In this document: positions 43,910 to 52,078 of the stretch, one piece after another
Layout: each line of letters opens with the position of its first letter
Numbering within the stretch: the stretch's first letter is position 1
Origin: an uncultured Chitinophagaceae bacterium
Lineage (GTDB): Bacteria > Bacteroidota > Bacteroidia > Chitinophagales > Chitinophagaceae
Assembly: GCA_964527735.1 (NCBI GenBank)
Contig: CAZGPG010000013.1
Location: forward strand, 28,189-92,188
Length of the DNA: 64,000 nt
Direction of reading: 5' to 3'
Notes under the pieces: model-generated
Databases searched by the model: none
What the model was told of the DNA's origin: nothing
The model's input: only the letters and a program-made list of their open reading frames with translations
Made by a program: the position numbers and the translations under genes

Positions 43910-44755
43910 GTGAAAAAGGACGTTGTGTTAAAGCTACATAGCAGTTTTGAATTAGCTGCAAGGCAGAGCGAAGATGTGGAATTTTGGTTTGCACGAGACT
44001 TGCAAATACTGTTGGGCTATAATGAATGGAGAAACTTCTTAAAAGTTATTGATAAGGCAAAAACAGCCTGTGCTAATGCCCGCCAAGAGGTTTCAGACCA
44101 TTTTGTTGACGTCAACAAAATGGTTGACCTCGGTTCAGGGGCAAAGAGAGAGATTGAGGATATGATGCTTACAAGGTACGCGTGCTATCTTATTGCTCAA
44201 AATGGTGATCCCCGTAAAGATGAAATTGCTTTTGCAATGAACTACTTTGCGGTACAGACAAGAAAACAGGAACTTTTAGAGCAGCGGTTAAAAGAGTGGG
44301 AACGGCTGCAGGCAAGAGAAAAACTGTCGGTATCGGAGAAAGAACTTTCGGGACTGATCTTTCAAAAGGGTATAGACAATGCAGGTTTCGGACGAATAAG
44401 AAGCAAAGGAGACCAGACGTTGTTTGGCGGTAAAACAACTTTGGATATGAAAGCCAAGCTTGGTGTGCCGGATAACAGACCACTCGCAGACTTTTTGCCG
44501 ACCATAACCATTAAAGCCAAAGACTTTGCAAACGAACTGACAAATGTGAACATCCGCAAAAGCGATCTGGCAACAGAAACTGATATGACGGAAGAACACG
44601 TTAAAAACAATACAGACGTAAGAGGACTTTTGCTCAAAAGCGGAGTTGAGCCGGAACGTTTGCCTGCGGAAGAAGATCTTAAGAAAGTAGAAAGGAAGGT
44701 GAAGGCAGAGGACAAGAAGCTGCTAAAAGACACAAAAAAACTAAAGAAGAAATAA
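43910..44755 (+). CDS. dinD: DNA damage-inducible protein D (DinD) family protein
   Basis: 281 aa with a GTG start. ..VEFWFARDLQILLGYNEWRNFLKVIDKAKTACANARQEVSDHFVDVNKMVDLGSGAKREIEDMMLTRYACYLIAQNGDPRK..AFAMNYFAVQTRKQE.. matches the DinD family as I remember it. The tail is Lys-rich. Confidence 0.8.
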   Translation: MKKDVVLKLHSSFELAARQSEDVEFWFARDLQILLGYNEWRNFLKVIDKAKTACANARQEVSDHFVDVNKMVDLGSGAKREIEDMMLTRYACYLIAQNGDPRKDEIAFAMNYFAVQTRKQELLEQRLKEWERLQAREKLSVSEKELSGLIFQKGIDNAGFGRIRSKGDQTLFGGKTTLDMKAKLGVPDNRPLADFLPTITIKAKDFANELTNVNIRKSDLATETDMTEEHVKNNTDVRGLLLKSGVEPERLPAEEDLKKVERKVKAEDKKLLKDTKKLKKK

Positions 44756-44818
44756 TACATTGACCTGACTGATGGGAGAAACCTATATAGCTATTGTAAA
44801 AAGGTATGTTATCTCCCT

Positions 44819-44826
44819 TAACTTTG
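44819..44826 (+). promoter_or_regulatory. candidate -7 box (TAACTTTG) for hflX
   Basis: It lies downstream of the track's ATG 44806 and 48 nt upstream of the in-frame TTG 44875. Confidence 0.3.
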
Positions 44827-44874
44827 CACTGCCATGCAACTACGTCATGGTTTATCTGTAAAATACCGGAGCCT

Positions 44875-46062
44875 TTGATAGACAATAAAAATATTATAGA
44901 GCACGAGGAGCGTGCAGTGCTGGTAGGACTGGTATATAAAACCCAGACGGAAGAGCAATTACAGGAGTACCTGGCCGAGCTGGCGTTCCTGGCCGAAACG
45001 GCTGGAGCAAAGTCGGAGAAGAACTTTATCCAGAAGCTGCCGCACCCCGACAGCCGTACGTTTGTAGGCAAGGGCAAGCTGGAAGAGATACGTGCGTACG
45101 TTCATGCCAAAGGCATCAATCTTGCTATATTCGATGACGAGCTGACCGGCTCGCAGATCGCCAATATAGAGAAGGCGTTGGGCATCAAGACCATTGACCG
45201 CAGCGATCTGATCCTTGACATCTTTGCCCGCAGGGCGAAAACGGCGCAGGCAAAAGTACAGGTGGAGCTGGCACAATACCAGTACCTGCTCCCCCGGCTT
45301 AAAGGCATGTGGAAACACCTGGAGCGGCAGGGTGGGGGCATCGGCTCCCGCGGACCGGGTGAAACCGAAATAGAAACCGATCGTCGTATCGTCAAGGACA
45401 AGATCTCCCTGCTCCGCAAACGCCTCAAAGAGATAGACAAGCAGGCCTTTACACAAAGAAAGGAACGCGGCACATACATACGTGTGGCGCTGGTGGGCTA
45501 CACCAATGTTGGCAAGAGCACGATCATGACGTTGTTGACAAAGTCGGATGTATTTGCGGAGAATAAGCTGTTCGCCACGCTGGATACTACCACGCGTAAA
45601 GTGGTATATGAGCAAACGCCTTTCCTGCTGAGCGATACGGTAGGCTTTATACGCAAGCTTCCCCACCATCTTGTTGAAAGTTTTAAAAGTACGCTCGACG
45701 AAGTGCGTGAAGCAGATTGCCTGCTGCATGTAGTGGATATTTCGCATCCCGCTTACGAAGACCAGATGGGCGTAGTAAACAAAACTTTACAGGATATCGG
45801 GGCTTTTGACAAGCCTGTGGTTACTATTTTCAACAAAATGGATCTGTATGAAGCCCGCGTCTTTGACCCCTGGCTGGAAGCGCCGGTAAAACAGGAAATA
45901 CTCGGCCAGCTGCGCCGGCGCTGGGAGCATGAAACAAACAGTGCGTGCATCTTTATCAGCGCTACCGAACGCAGAAATACCGACCAGCTGCGTCAGATCA
46001 TACTGGATAAAGTAAAAGAATTATATCAGGAGCGGTATCCGTATCTCACACGGTTTTATTGA
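44875..46062 (+). CDS. hflX: GTPase HflX
   Basis: HflX N-domain (..EERAVLVGL..), G1 motif GYTNVGKSTIM and G3 motif DTVGF. The start is uncertain: the track gives ATG 44806, and I prefer TTG 44875 (MIDNKNIIEHEERAVL) because of the -7 box at 44819. Confidence 0.88.
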   Translation: MIDNKNIIEHEERAVLVGLVYKTQTEEQLQEYLAELAFLAETAGAKSEKNFIQKLPHPDSRTFVGKGKLEEIRAYVHAKGINLAIFDDELTGSQIANIEKALGIKTIDRSDLILDIFARRAKTAQAKVQVELAQYQYLLPRLKGMWKHLERQGGGIGSRGPGETEIETDRRIVKDKISLLRKRLKEIDKQAFTQRKERGTYIRVALVGYTNVGKSTIMTLLTKSDVFAENKLFATLDTTTRKVVYEQTPFLLSDTVGFIRKLPHHLVESFKSTLDEVREADCLLHVVDISHPAYEDQMGVVNKTLQDIGAFDKPVVTIFNKMDLYEARVFDPWLEAPVKQEILGQLRRRWEHETNSACIFISATERRNTDQLRQIILDKVKELYQERYPYLTRFY

Positions 46063-46200
46063 TAAATAATTTTGTGTGCAGTTTTTTTTGTTTAATGTTT
46101 GTATCGTGTAGCTTAATTTATCTTCTCCTTTTTGTTTGTTACGGAAAATGCCTTACCTTGAATAGGTAAAAGTGATTAAATCCCCTCTAAAACTGGTTTT

Positions 46201-46458
46201 ATGAAGTATCATTCACGCTCGCGCGAGTTGTTGGTTACGACGAAGGTGGCGCAGCAATGGCAGGATAATTTCAACCGGGAAGTGGATGTGCTGATTGCCA
46301 TCATCGGTACGGTAGACAACGATGCCAGTGTTGCTGCGGCTACAGAACTGATGGATGTCTATCATCCTGCGCCTGTGGAAGCCTCCCGGAAAAAAACAAA
46401 GCGGTTCCGGCAGTCGCCTGCACACAAGCCATTTGAATTTACCGTGTTCCGGAACTAA
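46201..46458 (+). CDS. hypothetical small protein (weak call)
   Basis: 85-aa ORF in an otherwise empty gap. No motif or promoter box is visible, and its stop overlaps the stop of the convergent gene by 2 nt. Confidence 0.25.
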   Translation: MKYHSRSRELLVTTKVAQQWQDNFNREVDVLIAIIGTVDNDASVAAATELMDVYHPAPVEASRKKTKRFRQSPAHKPFEFTVFRN

Positions 46459-47111
46459 TCAAAGCTCCTGTTTATAAAATCAACGAGCGGTTGCATGGCC
46501 CTGAAAGTCCGGTGACAGTCTGTTGCGAAGTTTTTATGCACCACTTCCGTGTCTGCGAATGAATGTTCTGCAATAAAGCTCTTATACTTCAGGTATTCAA
46601 TAGCGGGGTTGCCGGCATCATATCCTTTTGGTAATGTCTTCAGCTTGTCTTCTGCAAGTTGTCCGAAGAGCTTGTTAAATGTTTTATGCTCCACAATCTC
46701 CCTGAACGCTTCAAAATTATAATCGATCTCCTGCCGTACGGATTTCAGGAGCGCGGATGAAGGCATCCATAAACCGCCCGCTGTGAAACTTTTTCCAGGT
46801 TCGATATGGAGATAGTATCCGGCTCCTTCATATTTACGCCCGCCTTTGCTGAAGTAGGCGCTGAAATGAGCCTTGTAAGGTGTTTTGTCTTTGGAGAAGC
46901 GAACATCCCGGTAGATACGGAAAATGCAATGCTTCGTCTGCTGCTCGGCAAGCTCGGGCACTGAAGGGGTCATCAGTTGTTTTACGCGGTCGGCGAACTG
47001 TTCAAAATCAGCACGGGCTGCATCATAATCCTCCCGGTGTGCGTCAAACCATGGCTTATGGTTATTTTCTGCCAGTTGCCGGAGAAATTTCATAGTTGCC
47101 GGTTGCAACAT
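46455..47111 (-). CDS. DUF2461 (TIGR02453) family protein
   Basis: MLQPATMKFLRQLAENNHKPWFDAHREDYDAA...FRIYRDVRFSKDKTPYKAHFSAYF.. I trimmed the 349-aa track ORF to ATG 47111 (218 aa). Confidence 0.85.
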   Translation of the reverse strand: MLQPATMKFLRQLAENNHKPWFDAHREDYDAARADFEQFADRVKQLMTPSVPELAEQQTKHCIFRIYRDVRFSKDKTPYKAHFSAYFSKGGRKYEGAGYYLHIEPGKSFTAGGLWMPSSALLKSVRQEIDYNFEAFREIVEHKTFNKLFGQLAEDKLKTLPKGYDAGNPAIEYLKYKSFIAEHSFADTEVVHKNFATDCHRTFRAMQPLVDFINRSFD

Positions 47112-47207
47112 AGGTTTTACTGTTAAGGTTTTGAGAATAATGAAAATACAACCGCGAATATACCTCCTTTCAGGTATTTGCCGCTGCCGAATGCCCCGGT
47201 ATTTTAA

Positions 47208-47215
47208 TATCTTTG
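47208..47215 (+). promoter_or_regulatory. candidate -7 box (TATCTTTG) for dxr-rseP
   Basis: Lies 49 nt upstream of ATG 47265. Confidence 0.4.
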
Positions 47216-47264
47216 AGCTTTTCAGCGTCAAAGCTGGTGTTATCTCATTTCGTAAAAAAACCGA

Positions 47265-48434
47265 ATGAAACGATTGGCCATACTGGGATCTACCGGATCT
47301 ATCGGTACACAGGCACTGGAGGTTGCAGCGCAGCATCCGGATCTGTTTGAGGTGGAGGTGCTGAGTGCGCACAGTAATACGGAACTGCTGATCACCCAGG
47401 CGCTCCGGTTCCGTCCCAATGCTGTCGTCGTTACCGACGAGGCAGGGTATGGTATTGTGAAAGAAGCGCTTGCCGCACAACCGGTGAAAGTATTTGCCGG
47501 TCACGCGGCTTTGAACGATGTCGTGCAGTGGGATACAGTGGATGTGGTGCTGGGCGCAATCGTGGGCTTTGCCGGGTTACATTCCATTATGGCGGCTGTT
47601 AATGCGGGTAAGCATATAGCGCTGGCTAACAAGGAGACACTTGTTGTTGCCGGTGATCTGGTAATGAAGCGAGCTGCCGAGACCGGCGCCCGCCTGATCC
47701 CCGTTGACAGCGAGCATTCAGCCATTTTTCAATGCCTGACCGGCGAGCGGATACAAGATATAGAGAAAGTCATCCTTACTGCATCCGGCGGGCCTTTCCT
47801 CGGCCGGAAGCCCAACTTCCTGGTCAATGTAAAAGCTTCTCACGCACTGCAGCATCCCAACTGGACGATGGGCGCCAAGATCACTATAGACAGCGCTACG
47901 CTCATGAATAAGGGGCTTGAGATGATAGAAGCCAAATGGCTGTTCGGGCTTAAAAATGAACAGATAGATGTGGTAGTGCATCCGCAGTCCATTATTCACT
48001 CGCTGGTGCAGTTTATTGACGGGTCTGTAAAGGCCCAGATGGGCCTCCCCGATATGAAGCTGCCGATACAATATGCGCTCGCATACCCCCACAGGGCTGT
48101 CAATAATTTTAAACGATTCGACTTCAGGGACTTCCCGAAACTGACCTTTGAAACGCCGGATTATAAAACTTTCCGTAATCTTGCGCTGGCAAAAGACGCT
48201 ATGTTTCGCGGGGGGAATGTCCCGTGCGTGCTGAACGCAGCCAACGAAGTGGTGGTACATGCTTTCCTTCAGAATAAAGTGGGATTTCTTGAAATGAATG
48301 ATATGATAGAACAGACCATGTCGTATGTATCCTTTGTGGAGCATCCTGCGCTGGAAGACTATGAGCAGTCGGATAAAGAAGCCCGTATACATACACAGGA
48401 ACTCGTCAAGAAAAGCCAACTTTCAACGTATTAA
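47265..48434 (+). CDS. dxr: 1-deoxy-D-xylulose-5-phosphate reductoisomerase
   Basis: MKRLAILGSTGSIGTQALEV.., ..LANKETLV.., ..DSEHSAIFQCL.. and ..HPNWTMGAKITIDSATLMNKGLE.. Confidence 0.96.
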   Translation: MKRLAILGSTGSIGTQALEVAAQHPDLFEVEVLSAHSNTELLITQALRFRPNAVVVTDEAGYGIVKEALAAQPVKVFAGHAALNDVVQWDTVDVVLGAIVGFAGLHSIMAAVNAGKHIALANKETLVVAGDLVMKRAAETGARLIPVDSEHSAIFQCLTGERIQDIEKVILTASGGPFLGRKPNFLVNVKASHALQHPNWTMGAKITIDSATLMNKGLEMIEAKWLFGLKNEQIDVVVHPQSIIHSLVQFIDGSVKAQMGLPDMKLPIQYALAYPHRAVNNFKRFDFRDFPKLTFETPDYKTFRNLALAKDAMFRGGNVPCVLNAANEVVVHAFLQNKVGFLEMNDMIEQTMSYVSFVEHPALEDYEQSDKEARIHTQELVKKSQLSTY

Positions 48435-48452
48435 AATCCTACTTCAGATTAC

Positions 48453-49847
48453 ATGCACTCATTTAATGTTATCCTGCTGGCCGGTGTCGGAATTAAGATC
48501 GCCCAGTTTGTTGCTGCCTTATCACTATTGATCCTGCTTCATGAATTTGGTCATTACTTTTTTGCACGTCTGTTTAAGACCAGGGTAGAAAAATTTTACC
48601 TGTTCTTCGATTTCTTGTTTCCTTTTCCCAGTGTGTTGAATTTTTCCCTGTTCAAAAAGAAAGTGGGAGATACGGAATACGGGCTGGGATGGTTCCCGCT
48701 TGGCGGTTATGTGAAAATCTCCGGTATGGTGGATGAGAGCATGGATAAAGAGCAGATGAAGCAGCCGCCACAACCCTGGGAGTTTCGTTCGAAGAAAGCC
48801 TGGCAGCGCCTGCTGATCATGCTGGGCGGTATTATTGTGAATGTGGTGCTCGCGATTATTATCTATGCCATGATCCTGTTTGCATTCGGAGAGAAGAAGT
48901 TGCCGATCGCAGAGATGAAGGATGGTATTTTTGTTGCAGATTCCATCGGCCACAGGCTGGGATTCCAGACGGGAGACCGGATACTCAAGGTAAACGGTGC
49001 GGAGTTGCAATATTTTGACCAGCTTATGCCGGAATTGCTTTATGCCAACACCGTAGAGCTGGAGCGTGAAGGCAGGATACTGAACCTGAATATGCCGGTC
49101 AATTTCGTAGAACAGCTCATAGACAACAAATCCCGCAACATTTTCATGATGCGTATCCCCACTGTTGTTGGCAAGCTGGCCGAAGGTGGTGCAGCCGAAG
49201 CGGCCGGCCTTGAAGTCAATGACCGGGTAACGGGCGTTAACGGTATACCTACGCCGTATTTTGACCAGCTGAAGGTTGCGCTGGATACGTTGACAGGGAA
49301 GGAAATCACGCTCCAGATCGTGCGTGATAATGTGCCGCAGACATTGATAACCCAGGTGAGCGATAGTGGTACGATCGGATTTATTCCGCAGGTACCCGAT
49401 CCGGTAATGCTGGAAGACCTCGGCATTTATCGCTATGATGTGAAGAAGTATAGTTTTTTCGGCGCGTTCCCGGCAGGGGTTAAAATGGCCGGAGAAAAAT
49501 TGTCTTTCTACGCCCGCCAGTTCAAGCTTATTTTCAATCCCGAAACCGGCGCTTACAAAGGTGTGGGCGGTTTTGCTGCGATGACCAATATCTTCCCGGA
49601 TTACTGGGATTGGTACGCTTTCTGGTCTATTACGGCGTTTCTTTCGATCGTGCTTGCCTTTATGAACCTGCTCCCGATACCGGGTCTGGACGGTGGCTAC
49701 GTGATGTTTCTTCTGTTTGAAATGATCACGGGCAAAAAGGTGAGCGATGCAGCTATGGAGAAAGCAACTGCCGTAGGTCTCGTATTGCTGCTGGCACTGA
49801 TGGTGTATGCCAACGGGATGGATATTTTCAGAATCTTTAAAAATTAA
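48453..49847 (+). CDS. rseP: RIP metalloprotease RseP (site-2 protease, M50)
   Basis: HEFGHYFFA zinc motif, internal PDZ region and a C-terminal ..NLLPIPGLDGG.. motif. It follows dxr, as in many bacteria. Confidence 0.93.
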   Translation: MHSFNVILLAGVGIKIAQFVAALSLLILLHEFGHYFFARLFKTRVEKFYLFFDFLFPFPSVLNFSLFKKKVGDTEYGLGWFPLGGYVKISGMVDESMDKEQMKQPPQPWEFRSKKAWQRLLIMLGGIIVNVVLAIIIYAMILFAFGEKKLPIAEMKDGIFVADSIGHRLGFQTGDRILKVNGAELQYFDQLMPELLYANTVELEREGRILNLNMPVNFVEQLIDNKSRNIFMMRIPTVVGKLAEGGAAEAAGLEVNDRVTGVNGIPTPYFDQLKVALDTLTGKEITLQIVRDNVPQTLITQVSDSGTIGFIPQVPDPVMLEDLGIYRYDVKKYSFFGAFPAGVKMAGEKLSFYARQFKLIFNPETGAYKGVGGFAAMTNIFPDYWDWYAFWSITAFLSIVLAFMNLLPIPGLDGGYVMFLLFEMITGKKVSDAAMEKATAVGLVLLLALMVYANGMDIFRIFKN

Positions 49848-49956
49848 TGATCAATGGTTAATAATCAATGGTTAATGGTTAATGATAAATGGTCAATAAC
49901 GAGTCGTGGATTGTTGTAAGGTAGTTCATTAACCATTAATAATTAATAATTAATAA
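49844..49956. repeat. family C oligomer-built hairpin (AATGGTTA units)
   Basis: ttaatgatcaatggttaataatcaatggttaatggttaatgataaatggtcaataac ... cattaaccattaataattaataattaata. It fills the whole rseP-M16 spacer. Confidence 0.7.
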
Positions 49957-49959
49957 GTC

Positions 49960-51198
49960 ATGCTGCATTTCGAACGATTTACGCTGGATAACGGACTAAA
50001 GGTATTGGTGCATGAAGATCATGCAACACCTATGGTGGCGGTAAATCTGTTGTACGATGTCGGTGCGCGTGATGAAGAGGAAAGCCGTACTGGTTTTGCA
50101 CATTTGTTTGAGCATCTGATGTTCGGCGGGTCTGTGCACGTTCCGGTGTATGATGAACCGCTCCAGATGGCCGGCGGCGAAAACAATGCCTATACTACCA
50201 ACGACATCACTAACTATTACATCCAGCTCCCGGCCGAAAATATCGAAACAGCATTCTGGCTCGAGAGTGACCGGATGTTGTCGCTGGCATTTAGTGAAAA
50301 GAGCCTCGATGTGCAGCGTCGTGTAGTATGCGAAGAGTTTAAGGAGCATTATATCAACAAGCCTTATGGCGATGCCTGGAAACAGCTGCGCGCACTTGCC
50401 TACCAGCAGCATCCTTATAAATGGATGACCATCGGTAAGGAGCTGAAACATATCGAGGAAGCGCAGCTGGAGGATGTCCGGTCATTTTTCTTCAGGCACT
50501 ACCGCCCCGCGAATGCAGTGCTCTGTGTAGCCGGCCACATTACAACAGAAGAAGTAAGAAAACTCGCCTCCGAATGGTTTGGAGATATTCCTGCGGGTGA
50601 AAAATATCAGCGTCAGCTACCGTCGGAGCCGCGTCAGCAGGAAGCACGCATAAAGACAGTGACGGCAGATGTGCCGTTTGATGCTTTGTATAAAGCCTGG
50701 CATATGACCGGACGCTTGTCTGCTTCTTATTATGCAGCCGATCTTATTACTGAGATTATGGGCAATGGCTACGCGTCGCGCCTGTACCAGCGACTGGTAA
50801 AAGAGCGCCAGCTGTTCAGCAGCATCAACTGCTATCATACCGGCAGCCTTGACCCCGGGTTGCTGGTAGTAGAGGGAAAGATCGTGGAAGGGAAAACCAT
50901 TGAAGAAGCCAATGATGCAGTGGAAGCGGAATTACGCCTGCTGTGCGAAGAAGGTGTAACGGAGGCGGAACTCGAAAAAGCGAAGAACAAGATCGAGGCG
51001 ATGGTGGCGTTTGAAGATATGACACTCCTGTCGCGTGCCAATAACCTGGCTTTTTATGAACTGCTGGGCGATGCGCAGATGATCAATGAAGAGCTGGATA
51101 AATATCACGCGGTATCTGCCGGATTTTTACAGGAAACTGCAAAGGAGTTTTTCCGGCCGGATAATAGTAATACATTATTATACAGGAGGCAGGGGTGA
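49960..51198 (+). CDS. M16 family (pitrilysin/insulinase-like) zinc peptidase
   Basis: 412 aa with the inverted zinc motif ..GFAHLFEHLMFGG.. (HxxEH). Confidence 0.88.
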   Translation: MLHFERFTLDNGLKVLVHEDHATPMVAVNLLYDVGARDEEESRTGFAHLFEHLMFGGSVHVPVYDEPLQMAGGENNAYTTNDITNYYIQLPAENIETAFWLESDRMLSLAFSEKSLDVQRRVVCEEFKEHYINKPYGDAWKQLRALAYQQHPYKWMTIGKELKHIEEAQLEDVRSFFFRHYRPANAVLCVAGHITTEEVRKLASEWFGDIPAGEKYQRQLPSEPRQQEARIKTVTADVPFDALYKAWHMTGRLSASYYAADLITEIMGNGYASRLYQRLVKERQLFSSINCYHTGSLDPGLLVVEGKIVEGKTIEEANDAVEAELRLLCEEGVTEAELEKAKNKIEAMVAFEDMTLLSRANNLAFYELLGDAQMINEELDKYHAVSAGFLQETAKEFFRPDNSNTLLYRRQG

Positions 51199-51211
51199 TT
51201 AAAATGTTGTA

Positions 51212-52042
51212 ATGACCATTATGCATCACATCGCACGGTTGTGCCTTACGATACTGTTCGTTCTCAGTGTTACCGTATCTTATGCACAGCAGACGATATC
51301 TTTTTGTTCCTGGAATCTTCAGCATTTCGGAAAATCCAAGCACGATACCACAATTGTATTCATCGCTGATATCCTGAAAGATTTTGACGTAATTGCGTTG
51401 CAGGAGGTCGTTGCCGGACCGGGCGGAGCCCAGGCGGTAGCGAGGCTGCATGATGCGCTGGGTAGAAAAGGTGCTAAATGGGATTATGCCGTCAGCGATC
51501 CTACCACTGGCGGTGCCGGTAAGGAACGGTATGCATTTCTCTGGAAAACTGCCCGCCTGAAGATAAAAGGTCGCGCCTTTCCGGAGCGTTTCTATGAAGA
51601 AGAAATAGATAGAGAACCATATCTGGTAACATTGGAAGACAAGAATGGTAAAACTGTCACGTTTGTAAATTTCCATGCGGTCCCCAAAAACAAGCAGCCG
51701 GAGCGGGAGATTAAATATTTTAAATGCCTGCCGGAGATGTATCCGGGCAGCAACCTGATATTTGCCGGTGACTTTAATTGCCCCCAGTCGCATACCGTTT
51801 TTAACCCGTTGAAGCGTATGGGTTATAAACCGGTACTGACAGGACAGAAAACAACGTTGAAGCAGCAATGTATTGCCGGAGATTGCCTGGCTTCTGAATA
51901 CGACAATGTCTTTTATCACCAGGAGAAAATACAGGTGATTCGCGCCGGGATTATTCCTTTTTACCAGCAGTTTAGTTCTGTGAAAGATGCCCGCAAACTA
52001 TCGGACCATCTGCCTGTTTATGTTCATTTTCATCTGAAATAA
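51212..52042 (+). CDS. endonuclease/exonuclease/phosphatase (EEP, DNase I-like) family protein, secreted
   Basis: Signal peptide ..VTVSYAQQ, with SWNLQHFGKSK, DVIALQEV, FAGDFN and SDHLPVYV motifs. Confidence 0.85.
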   Translation: MTIMHHIARLCLTILFVLSVTVSYAQQTISFCSWNLQHFGKSKHDTTIVFIADILKDFDVIALQEVVAGPGGAQAVARLHDALGRKGAKWDYAVSDPTTGGAGKERYAFLWKTARLKIKGRAFPERFYEEEIDREPYLVTLEDKNGKTVTFVNFHAVPKNKQPEREIKYFKCLPEMYPGSNLIFAGDFNCPQSHTVFNPLKRMGYKPVLTGQKTTLKQQCIAGDCLASEYDNVFYHQEKIQVIRAGIIPFYQQFSSVKDARKLSDHLPVYVHFHLK

Positions 52043-52074
52043 CGTAGAGACGCGATGCATCGCGTCTCTACGTT
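52041..52074. terminator. perfect 34-nt palindrome containing GTAGAGACGCGATGCATCGCGTCTCTAC (family D copy 2), bidirectional terminator
   Basis: It lies between the convergent EEP gene (ends 52042) and the beta-barrel gene (ends 52079). The 28-nt core at 52044-52071 is identical to 20000-20027. Confidence 0.7.
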
Positions 52075-52078
52075 ATGA

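Noticed and set aside
44959-45747. 262-aa minus-strand ORF
   Set aside because: It is antisense to hflX, whose GTPase motifs are unambiguous on the plus strand.
47112-47504. 131-codon N-terminal extension of the DUF2461 ORF
   Set aside because: It overlaps the dxr start and promoter. The family's conserved N-terminus (ML..T.KFL..L..NN.K.WF) begins at ATG 47111.
47718-48419. 233-aa minus-strand ORF
   Set aside because: It is antisense to dxr, so it is a shadow ORF.
51083-51919. 278-aa minus-strand ORF of almost the same length as the overlapping plus-strand ORF
   Set aside because: The plus-strand product carries a signal peptide and all the EEP/DNase I motifs (SWNLQ, ALQEV, GDFN, SDHLPV). 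The minus-strand product carries none.
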